This document shows positions 8,601 through 15,881 of a DNA stretch of 20,000 bases, piece by piece. The position numbers were made by a program, and so were the translations under genes. Positions within the stretch are counted from its first letter, which is position 1. The number at the start of each line of letters is the position of its first letter. The notes beneath the pieces were generated by a model that had not been told where the DNA came from, made no database searches, and worked only from the letters and a program-made list of their open reading frames with translations. Source of the stretch: an uncultured virus (IMG/VR IMGVR_UViG_3300027847_002832) (Duplodnaviria; Heunggongvirae; Uroviricota; Caudoviricetes); IMG/VR virus record IMGVR_UViG_3300027847_002832. One strand, 5' to 3'.

Positions 8601-8812
8601 TGAACAGCGACTACAAGGTTTTCATCTTGAGCCGAACTATCATATTCCCCAAAATTTGTTCCCAGAAAATCTCGTTCTATAAAGTAGATGGTTACATTGT
8701 CTACTTTATACGGATCAGCGGTAAAACAATTTGAGCTATCAGGTGTCTCCAATTCAAATAGGATAACATCTGTAGTTTTAGGATTTTCTGTTATTTTTTT
8801 TGCTGTTGTCAT
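5648..8812 (-). CDS. Baseplate wedge protein, T4 gp7 / P2 gpI-like, with long extensions (1054 aa)
   Basis: YLPEMY...LAYLSNLFD...WRRQIKEAIPVFKKKGTLEGL and LDEYMPFHAQL motifs; directly follows the gp6-like gene with TAATG overlap. Confidence 0.8.
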   Translation of the reverse strand: MTTAKKITENPKTTDVILFELETPDSSNCFTADPYKVDNVTIYFIERDFLGTNFGEYDSSAQDENLVVAVQVAQEAFCGDPTVANKKLLDQAQANLAATTQVSKFFYKERTPVEIVGTYEFPAWLSTDTTNAYLDLVPEDADGNPQFGHFTYEWHPMGKVREGDYFICWTWTPLPAGSSLSAHLPFKIDGDPRAVTSIPTHVTATDKYEILLERYLPEMYKNVICEGDLTPDSTDKLNQAVAKGFTFLEDLTNQIIDLFDSNALHESMLAYLSNLFDVRLRSSDPTLWRRQIKEAIPVFKKKGTLEGLEDAYAMCGMELNKYTQFWQLTSPYTWEESFDVDSTADTVFQLEKDDIVLPIDDANFALYLREEGSSTYTVLNKDYVSFSVEDCIVKMTWIGEQLSSPLTIIKGDVLRVKYEYKEVPDTSEQTLQDYILSLPLQDQRDEGSQKYPPKNWNVRLIEEEDPLFDVLIPVRHPFADPIVFGFIRTEFPYSENIYNMEEYNGSTRPSFDACQINRDFLDPCGACISSSYMVDVGIEELNNDRLIEAQDILDEYMPFHAQLHSINFSGEVNEFVQSPTEDIEVLVNIDFTQYILSGQSNPFFNRIMDRGLPGQSFVIDREDLATKTTVLSGKLGTGYNDHVAFISPDIELDGLGIAVFNHILEVLAPSPNAGTYTLGETNNRLDGNPHVARLSGGAIEPLNESPFTFNLWNILFKQSIADIIQDDLIEFSDSSVDFSSLGVKSQWDSTHTPDYTGGAWKVLIPGFDSTAYEIEDVQDGVLVLESRSTFPTTDTTGITYILLNDLDATIDSGTTGDLDVTRRGFVNLKAPDLAVDRDKFILAGDFLHYDNDGLDYEILKFQDPDKLWIAEWTNGDVVGTSIDTRRKLVDKATGLFGYKGLHLTTFSDHEQEFNIINGTNPVAPLTDEDRFKESFMFKIGNDFYRIEEWDGINVVLAGKEQTWTTLIAGGTAVAYSLVQFTKDSMNVGFTVFDHLDRDGKDVIIREVFDQIDQNTAIVALSTNPGSGMEENVSAEESISFVIETLDGETQEGEI

Positions 8813-10368
8813 TATTCAAATTCAAAATTTATTTCAATTGATACAGGTCTAATTATTTCAAAGAACTTTGTAGTCACAGTCTCTCCAGAGTTGGTTGCAA
8901 CATCTGTTTGGAAATTGAAATCAATACTAGCAATTTCTTTAATATCAGAAAGTTCTTTAAGCAAATCTACTGATCTGAGTGTTTTTTCATAATCCCAATT
9001 AGGTAGTAAGAAAAATCCGACAGTTTTTCTGTCTACTCTTTCTCTGTATTCATCTTCAAATTTTCTGTAGAATTTATCCATAGTGACATCGATAGTCACA
9101 TCTACTTCTACAACAACTCCATCTCGAATACAAACTTTGTCTGTAATCATTTTTTTGGCATCTATTGATTCTTGTAGTTCAATTTTTAATTCGTTGTTTG
9201 TTTCTGCTAAACCATCATCTCCGTCTGCCCCAAGAATGTATAAATCTACAACATTGGCGGCACATCCATAGTTTCTTAGTATTGCTTTTGACTTACCAAT
9301 TTTTCCATTGAACTCTGTAGAGAATTGATCAGTAAATGCTTCATAATCATCTCCTGCCACAACACGATTTTGAGTTCTTAACCAAGCGGGAAGATTCCTT
9401 TTGATATCTTCAATAGAGTCTCCTTCATATCCAAATTCTCCTCGTGTGAAGTTCACAAATGAAACAGGAACATTGAAATCAAAACCTGTTGCAGAAAAGT
9501 TTCTTTGTAATGCAACTGCATTAGTTACAATGTTTCCAGATACTCCTCCACCAGTTCTGTATGTGATTCTTATTTGAGACGAATCTGATGGTATTTGACC
9601 CGCTCTATTGTTTCCAAAGAGTACAAATGCGTTGTACAAGGAATCGTATTCAACACGAAATTCTTTACGAGGTTGTGAGTCTGTAAAGAAATTAACTTGC
9701 TTCCATTCATTGCCATCTATGTTAACTCTAATTGAGTTCCAAATTACAGGGCCATCTGTAAGATTTACGAATTGATTGACACTGCCGTCTCCAGTTTCAC
9801 TCTGAACTACTGTTAATCCTTCAAGTCCAATAACACTTGTGTTCAAAAAATTACCGGCTGTAATCAATATGTCTTCGCCAAAAATTGCATTGTTGTTTTG
9901 ATCAGCAGGAAATAGTTCAATTGTTTTAGGACCATCTTCTGTACTGATATCAATTAGTTGTGGTGCAGGTATTACTAAATCTGTTGCCAAGACGTTGTTT
10001 ATGGATACAGACCAAAGTGATCTCGCACCAATTGGAGGTTGAGGCTTAAATCCAACTAGAATAGATAATCTAAATGCGTTGTCTATTTCACTAACTGTGT
10101 CAATGAATATTTCATTTGCAATTTGATCCATCTTAAAGGATAAAGTGTCTGCAATAAACGCCCAATTTTCAATTAACATAATTGCTAAATCAGACTCTAC
10201 GAAGTCACCAAAATCATTTTCAAATTTTTCTTGAATGAAATCAAGCAAACGAGATTTCATTGACCAAAAATCTTGATTAGTGTAATTAAGATTGTTCAAG
10301 TTTGGAGTCTTAATTAAATTTGATTTATCAAATGGTGTAATGTCAAAAGGACAATTCTGAAATGCCAT
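8812..10368 (-). CDS. Baseplate wedge protein, T4 gp6 / baseplate J-like (518 aa)
   Basis: NYTNQDFWSMK...DFVESD...DTLSFKMDQIANEIFIDT, FGNNRAGQIP, YRTGGGVSGN, QNRVVAGDDYE; follows the gp25-like gene. Confidence 0.9.
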   Translation of the reverse strand: MAFQNCPFDITPFDKSNLIKTPNLNNLNYTNQDFWSMKSRLLDFIQEKFENDFGDFVESDLAIMLIENWAFIADTLSFKMDQIANEIFIDTVSEIDNAFRLSILVGFKPQPPIGARSLWSVSINNVLATDLVIPAPQLIDISTEDGPKTIELFPADQNNNAIFGEDILITAGNFLNTSVIGLEGLTVVQSETGDGSVNQFVNLTDGPVIWNSIRVNIDGNEWKQVNFFTDSQPRKEFRVEYDSLYNAFVLFGNNRAGQIPSDSSQIRITYRTGGGVSGNIVTNAVALQRNFSATGFDFNVPVSFVNFTRGEFGYEGDSIEDIKRNLPAWLRTQNRVVAGDDYEAFTDQFSTEFNGKIGKSKAILRNYGCAANVVDLYILGADGDDGLAETNNELKIELQESIDAKKMITDKVCIRDGVVVEVDVTIDVTMDKFYRKFEDEYRERVDRKTVGFFLLPNWDYEKTLRSVDLLKELSDIKEIASIDFNFQTDVATNSGETVTTKFFEIIRPVSIEINFEFE

Positions 10369-10376
10369 CTAATCTC

Positions 10377-10796
10377 CTATGCAATTGGAAGTTGTAATGT
10401 TAAAGCTTCTAATTCGGTTATATTCTCTGGATCGAAAAATTCTATCTTAATTGACAATATATGTTCTAAATCATCTTTTGGATCATCAGGATGTAAATCC
10501 TCTGTATCTATGCTGTTTGACACTTGTATGTTTTCTAATACTATTCTTGGTTCCCAATCTGATATAGCTTTTGATATCATATTTCTGGCTTTGTTTTTTA
10601 AGTCAAAGTCGTTTGGGTCAAAGAACAACTCTCTTAAAGGAGTCCCAAATGTTGGTAACATCACCCTCTCTCCGGGATTTGTAAGCAAAAGTTGTAATAA
10701 ATCAGCTTTTATCTGATCTACTCCCTTCTTTTGAGCAAGTAATCCCCGATTTGTTTTAACTAATGGGTACTGTAATCCTAAAAATTTGTTTTCCAT
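10377..10796 (-). CDS. Baseplate protein gp25/GPW-like (139 aa)
   Basis: QIKADLLQLLLTNPGERVMLPTFGTPL..LFF...AISDWEPRI is the gp25 signature; GGAG RBS upstream. Confidence 0.95.
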   Translation of the reverse strand: MENKFLGLQYPLVKTNRGLLAQKKGVDQIKADLLQLLLTNPGERVMLPTFGTPLRELFFDPNDFDLKNKARNMISKAISDWEPRIVLENIQVSNSIDTEDLHPDDPKDDLEHILSIKIEFFDPENITELEALTLQLPIA

Positions 10797-10804
10797 GATT
10801 CTCC

Positions 10805-13246
10805 TTAAATTTGAGGAACTCCTCCACCGGGTGGATCAATTTCGCCAATTGTTCCTCCAGTGTTTGGATCAACATTGTTTCCTTCAGGCTGTTCCATAGC
10901 GTGTCCCGGAGGTGCTTGAGCTTCTGGTGGTAGTGTTGTTGATCCTCCTTCGTCTTCTACACAACCTTTGCCCTCACATTTTGCCATAGCCGCAGAGTAA
11001 GCAGCACAATCGCCGCCACAAGGAACTTGACATGGATGATAGGCTGAAGCAAACACACGTTCGCTCATAGCTTTTTCAGTCCAGTGTAATATCCCAGTTA
11101 ATGGACAAAATACAGGACAACGAGCCACGATGACGTTGTAAAGACAAGGCCCACAACACTTCTTCCCCGGAGGTGGAGGACAATCACGTCCAGCCATAAG
11201 GAGAATTTGTTTTTCTGCGAAAAATATATGTAGTTCTCCACTGTAGCGAAAATGAATATCTTCCGTAGCTGTAATGAATTTCTTAGATACATAAGTGAAT
11301 TTATCTGAAGGATTACATTCTAGGTCTCCAACAATAACAATATCCATATCATGTGTTTGTCTAATTGAGTGGCCACCAGCACGTAGGAACACGATTCCCG
11401 GCTCTCCTTTAGGTCTTCCTTGGAATCTTAGGATGTGAGGCCCTCTACAAGCCTTGCAGTCATCACAAGCATTACACTTCTCATCTGTTTGAGGATCAAC
11501 GCACTGAGGATGCAAAATTTGTATCCACTGACTTTGAGTTTCTTCTTGTGAGAAATCATCGTTGAATCTCATCTCTAATCCATATCCAGATCGGATTTGA
11601 ACGTAAGCCTTTGCTGCTTTGGCTTGCGGTATTCCACCTTCGCAACGACAAGGGCCACATTGAAGATTCAATTCATCAACCATATTGATTTGATGGTTGC
11701 TTGTACTTTGCATCCATATGCCACGCTTTTCTCCAGCACAATCTGGAGGGCATCTTTGGCAACCATCATCACTGGAATGAGTTCTGACAGTGTGATCGTT
11801 CATCTCAATCTTGTTGCCATTACCAGTTTTGAGCTTAATGAAGTTTTGGATTCCTCTAACTTTTGAAGGCTCTTCAACATCTGTCATTGCAAATGAATGA
11901 CCTGTTGCTGACTTTTGCCAAAACATTCCAAGGTACTTGTCGTTACAGCCAAAATCAAATGGTTTAGTTGATCTTTGCCATTCTGGTTTTCCTCGTGGCT
12001 CTTCTACTGAGTCATCCATGACCATTGTGTGGCCACTGATGGACAGAAATTGAATTCCCGTTTGTGGCAAAGTGCATTTATTGTTCTGAGGAGTTCCGGG
12101 ACCGGTGTATGCTCTGCATTCATTCCAGTGTTTATAGCTTTTGTTTTTGCCACCTTGTGACCCTGTGTATTTTGTTCCATCTGGAATAACTCCTGCAAAC
12201 TCTGCTCCACATCCTTCTTTTCCGGGAGTTCTTGAATGTCCCCCAAGAATCTTAGAACATTGAGTAGGGTCGTCGCCTTCACAATTTGGCTCACATTGAG
12301 AAGCACCTTCTTTTGGCTTACCATGAATATCTGTAAAATATGGTTTGTCTCCATCATGATCAGAACAGGGATTTATACTACTAGAACTTGATCCACCAGT
12401 TTCTCCTGCTGGACAAAGAGGATTGGTCCATTGACCACCATAATGAAGATGGTCGTCCTTGAAGATCATCCAGTTGCCGCAACCTGATTGAAGCTCCAAT
12501 CTTTTCCAGCGACGGTTGCATTTGGCATTGCCGTCCACCATTTTAAGCATATGCTTTTCTGGTGTTTTGAAACCATAGATGTGAGGATAAGTTATGTTTC
12601 TTTGTTCTTCGGTGTCTTCAATGAATTGCTTACTATCATCTATATCCAGACCGTTATAATTTTCTGTATTCCAAGGTGGAAGGACTTGATGACCGTCATT
12701 CGGGTTACTGCCCGGTCCATGAAAATATCCATTTCTATCTCCCGCAGATACATCTTGAAATTCTTTTGTTGGACCTATAAGATCCTCGCCGCCCGGACCT
12801 CTATCCCTGTGCCATGTTGTTCCAAGATAAAAAGGAGCTTCTCTATTTCCCCCCTCGAACATTATCAACAAAGTAGATCCAGCAGGAGGCACCCAGTTTA
12901 ATCCACAATCGTCAAATCCTCCCATAGAAGAACAAGGTCGAGCAAAAGGAAGTCCGAGCAAAGGAGTTTTTGGATCATGTAAATATGGAGAATAATATCT
13001 AACACGATTTTCTTTCCAAGGGTCAATTGTGGCGACACAAATTGCTCTTGTAAGATGATTCAATGTTGATGCTTGTTTGTGCTTTTTCCATTTTCTTCTA
13101 CTAGAAATTCTTGTTGCTGCACCAATGTTTCCTACAGATTTTTCTAAAGACCCAATTCGATCATAAAGTTGCTTGATGATTTCTACATAATCAAGGTCTT
13201 CTCCATATCCAGAAAATTGTCCTGTTCCTTGTGTTTGTTTAGCCAT
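10805..13246 (-). CDS. Central spike, gp5/VgrG/gpV-like, cysteine-rich (813 aa)
   Basis: N-terminal OB-fold pattern DPWKENRVR...WVPPAGSTLLIMFEGGNREAPFYLG; repeated gp5-like strand motifs KHMLKMVD, GNWMIFKD, GHTMVMDD, GHSFAMTD, GNKIEMND, NHQINMVD; position between hub and gp25. Confidence 0.85.
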   Translation of the reverse strand: MAKQTQGTGQFSGYGEDLDYVEIIKQLYDRIGSLEKSVGNIGAATRISSRRKWKKHKQASTLNHLTRAICVATIDPWKENRVRYYSPYLHDPKTPLLGLPFARPCSSMGGFDDCGLNWVPPAGSTLLIMFEGGNREAPFYLGTTWHRDRGPGGEDLIGPTKEFQDVSAGDRNGYFHGPGSNPNDGHQVLPPWNTENYNGLDIDDSKQFIEDTEEQRNITYPHIYGFKTPEKHMLKMVDGNAKCNRRWKRLELQSGCGNWMIFKDDHLHYGGQWTNPLCPAGETGGSSSSSINPCSDHDGDKPYFTDIHGKPKEGASQCEPNCEGDDPTQCSKILGGHSRTPGKEGCGAEFAGVIPDGTKYTGSQGGKNKSYKHWNECRAYTGPGTPQNNKCTLPQTGIQFLSISGHTMVMDDSVEEPRGKPEWQRSTKPFDFGCNDKYLGMFWQKSATGHSFAMTDVEEPSKVRGIQNFIKLKTGNGNKIEMNDHTVRTHSSDDGCQRCPPDCAGEKRGIWMQSTSNHQINMVDELNLQCGPCRCEGGIPQAKAAKAYVQIRSGYGLEMRFNDDFSQEETQSQWIQILHPQCVDPQTDEKCNACDDCKACRGPHILRFQGRPKGEPGIVFLRAGGHSIRQTHDMDIVIVGDLECNPSDKFTYVSKKFITATEDIHFRYSGELHIFFAEKQILLMAGRDCPPPPGKKCCGPCLYNVIVARCPVFCPLTGILHWTEKAMSERVFASAYHPCQVPCGGDCAAYSAAMAKCEGKGCVEDEGGSTTLPPEAQAPPGHAMEQPEGNNVDPNTGGTIGEIDPPGGGVPQI

Positions 13247-13259
13247 TTTTTATCCTTAA

Positions 13260-14948
13260 TTATGAACAATTAGCAGGAGTCCATCCATTTGACCATGTTC
13301 CACCTATTGGTGCCCATAAACCTGCATGTTGATCAGTGTCTCCATTCATTGATCCCGGTGCTGCCAAAGTAAGAGAAAAATGAGTTGTGTATTTTCCTAA
13401 TTCAATTTTGTGAGTTACATGTTTTACCATCCATCCCGGATTTGATAAAATGTTGTTACATGAATTTCCAGCAGTTATATTCCAATCCTTGTTTCCACTT
13501 TTTTCTGTATTTATATGAAACGGATTTATGACTGTGATTGCCAAAAATCTACTTTGAGTTTGTATTGGATTTAAGGTTGGGTCTCCAACAACTACCAACT
13601 CTGCGGCAATTGCTCCAAAGTTTAATCTATAAGCGTTGATTGCTTTGTTGACTCCTTTTTGTCCTTGGTTTACGCTGTCAGCGGCGAATTGATTTAGAAG
13701 AACTTCATTGTCTGTAATGTTCATTGGATGACCTGTTCCTTTTTGAACTGGTCTTAACAATTTAACACAAGGTCTTCTTCCGGGCGACTTTCCCCCTTCT
13801 TCAACTCCCTTAAATGAGTTAGTTTGCTGGTTTCCCATTGATCCACCAGAAGATTGCAATAAAGCAAAATTCCATTTTATCTTAGGGCTAAATTCCAACA
13901 CAGGACTGGCATCTCCACCATTAACAATATAGTGGCCTATGTTCTTAGACAAAAAGAAATTTGTATCTTTATCAACACATTCTGGATTTGTGTCTTCTAA
14001 AAATATTACTTCTCCTCCCTCTACATTTGGGTTATACCATGGACGCCAACCCAAATCCTTGTCTGTTGGCCAACTTTTTAACCAACTCATTACTGCTGTC
14101 ATTTTATCTTTACTATTTGGAGGGAATTTGTCTTTTGGTCCTCTGCCCACATCATCCTTGCCTTCATCTCCACATCTTTGTTTGAATCCACAATCTTGTA
14201 ATCTTGATCCATTCTTAGCCCCAACCACTCTGGCAAATCTAACTTTTGCAACATTTGGTTTAACATCTTTTGTTAGAAGCTTTTCAATTGCATCCATTAA
14301 ACATAGTGGTTGATCGTCAGTTCCCTGTACTGCTTCTACATAACCTTCAGTCATAAATGTAGCCAAGCCTGCAAATTCAAGTTGTGCGATAAACTTTCCT
14401 TCGGCATAATTTGTATCTATTCCTAAAATGTATCCATGATAACATTCAGATGCGGCTGTGGGATATGAATTTGGACATCCTGATTTAACCCAACCAAACT
14501 GAATTTTTACTTTTGGATTGGTTGAAGCGCCATTAAGACATTGAAAGTCAGTGATTAAGTTTTCTGCAAACCTTACAAAGTTTCCACCTTCTATATCATG
14601 TATGGTAATGTTTCCTTTCATTCCATCTGTCCAACCTATTTCAAAGGTTTGAATTACGGCTGTGTTTGGAGGAAGAGTTCCCGGAGATGACTGATTGGAT
14701 ACTGATATCTTATTTCCAATTCTACCTTTTCTGCTAAATTCAATTAAAACCCATGGAGCGAGAGTGTTTCCAGATTCTACCCCTTTTGTAGTAAAGCCCA
14801 TGTTCTCTGGAACTCTAGGACATCCTACTAACGGTTTCTGATATTTTTGTGATGTTGATCCGCCACATGGAGCTTCTTTGCTTTGGAAAAACAATCCTGT
14901 TTGGGACGGATGCGTAGGAGGAGTAGAAGGAGGCGTAGGTGTTGCCAT
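13260..14948 (-). CDS. Baseplate hub protein, gp27/gpD-like (562 aa)
   Basis: VKIQFGWV, AELVVVGDPTL and GWMVKHVTHKIELGKYTTHFSL are hub-type motifs; lies between gp53-like and gp5-like genes. Confidence 0.8.
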   Translation of the reverse strand: MATPTPPSTPPTHPSQTGLFFQSKEAPCGGSTSQKYQKPLVGCPRVPENMGFTTKGVESGNTLAPWVLIEFSRKGRIGNKISVSNQSSPGTLPPNTAVIQTFEIGWTDGMKGNITIHDIEGGNFVRFAENLITDFQCLNGASTNPKVKIQFGWVKSGCPNSYPTAASECYHGYILGIDTNYAEGKFIAQLEFAGLATFMTEGYVEAVQGTDDQPLCLMDAIEKLLTKDVKPNVAKVRFARVVGAKNGSRLQDCGFKQRCGDEGKDDVGRGPKDKFPPNSKDKMTAVMSWLKSWPTDKDLGWRPWYNPNVEGGEVIFLEDTNPECVDKDTNFFLSKNIGHYIVNGGDASPVLEFSPKIKWNFALLQSSGGSMGNQQTNSFKGVEEGGKSPGRRPCVKLLRPVQKGTGHPMNITDNEVLLNQFAADSVNQGQKGVNKAINAYRLNFGAIAAELVVVGDPTLNPIQTQSRFLAITVINPFHINTEKSGNKDWNITAGNSCNNILSNPGWMVKHVTHKIELGKYTTHFSLTLAAPGSMNGDTDQHAGLWAPIGGTWSNGWTPANCS

Positions 14949-15280
14949 TATAACCTCGCTTCGATGTCTGGAAGAATAATTGTTTTACCTGTTTTGAATT
15001 GAAATACATCTTTCATTTTGTTTGCTTCAAGTATTCTCCACCAACTATCAGGAAAACCATAAAAATCAAAAGATACTAAGTCTGGTCTGTATTCAACTCC
15101 TTTTGTTATTACCATGATTTGTTCGTTACCTGTTCTTTCATATGGAATTCTAATGTAAAGATCATATGTGATAAATCTTTGCTCTCCATAGTAAATTACA
15201 TTTTGGTTTCTGAGATATCTGCTATTTGCAACAGCTACAGAATTTGTTGGGATTCCACTAGGTTCTATTTTTTGAGTCAT
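14948..15280 (-). CDS. Baseplate wedge gp53 / LysM-like (gpX-like) protein (110 aa)
   Basis: YRPDLVSFDFYGFPDSWWRILEAN...GKTIILP signature; synteny. Confidence 0.85.
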   Translation of the reverse strand: MTQKIEPSGIPTNSVAVANSRYLRNQNVIYYGEQRFITYDLYIRIPYERTGNEQIMVITKGVEYRPDLVSFDFYGFPDSWWRILEANKMKDVFQFKTGKTIILPDIEARL

Positions 15281-15282
15281 GA

Positions 15283-15873
15283 TTACCTTCCTGTTCTGTA
15301 TATTCTATTTGCCCAAGGTAAATCTTCAGATGAATACACAGTAAGCCATGATGTTTCTAAATCGAATCTGTAAGGAGTAATTGTCTCTGCATCAAATGCT
15401 ACTTCTGTTGGAAATTTAACACTGTAAGATTGCAATATCACACAAAGTTCTTCTGCGTCACCTTGTTTTGCTGGATTTCCTGTAAGTAAGTTACCGCATT
15501 TGATTCTGCATACAGTTGGCGGTCTATAAGGTGCCCCTGATATTCCTTCTCTTGGATATACAGCACTCTGAACGGCTCTTAAATCTGCAATGTTTCTATT
15601 TACATTTGCTCTTTCTACAGCAAAAAAGTGCAATTGAATATTTATTTGTCTGTCTCCAGAGTGTGAATATGTGTATAACGGAAATGCCCTTCCAATTATT
15701 GCTTCGCTGTTATAAACAGCAGACTTTGTATCTGACACATCTGGCAAGTTATCTAAGCAAATTCTATGAGTTCCTGCCGGTGCTCCTACGCAGCCAGAAT
15801 TTGCTCCATTTAACGGGATGTCAATATAACAATTTGGTATTACGTTTAATGTTCCATTATTTGTAGCTTTCAT
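15283..15873 (-). CDS. Tail-tube initiator-like protein, gp48/gp54/gpU-like (196 aa)
   Basis: VSDTKSAVYN...IIGRAFPLYTYSHSGDRQINIQLHF...VYP...PP.CRIKCG...LQSYSVKF; located between tape measure and LysM-like genes. Confidence 0.75.
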   Translation of the reverse strand: MKATNNGTLNVIPNCYIDIPLNGANSGCVGAPAGTHRICLDNLPDVSDTKSAVYNSEAIIGRAFPLYTYSHSGDRQINIQLHFFAVERANVNRNIADLRAVQSAVYPREGISGAPYRPPTVCRIKCGNLLTGNPAKQGDAEELCVILQSYSVKFPTEVAFDAETITPYRFDLETSWLTVYSSEDLPWANRIYRTGR

Positions 15874-15881
15874 ATTTCTCC

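Noticed and set aside
11447..11476. CxxCxxCxxC as a ferredoxin domain
   Set aside because: Spacing differs from CxxCxxCxxxCP and there is no ferredoxin context; retained only as a generic metal or disulfide cluster.
13508..13515. TATAAATA (T4 late promoter consensus) on the minus strand inside the hub gene
   Set aside because: Intragenic hit of an all-AT 8-mer, expected by chance in AT-rich 20 kb; not seen before gene starts.
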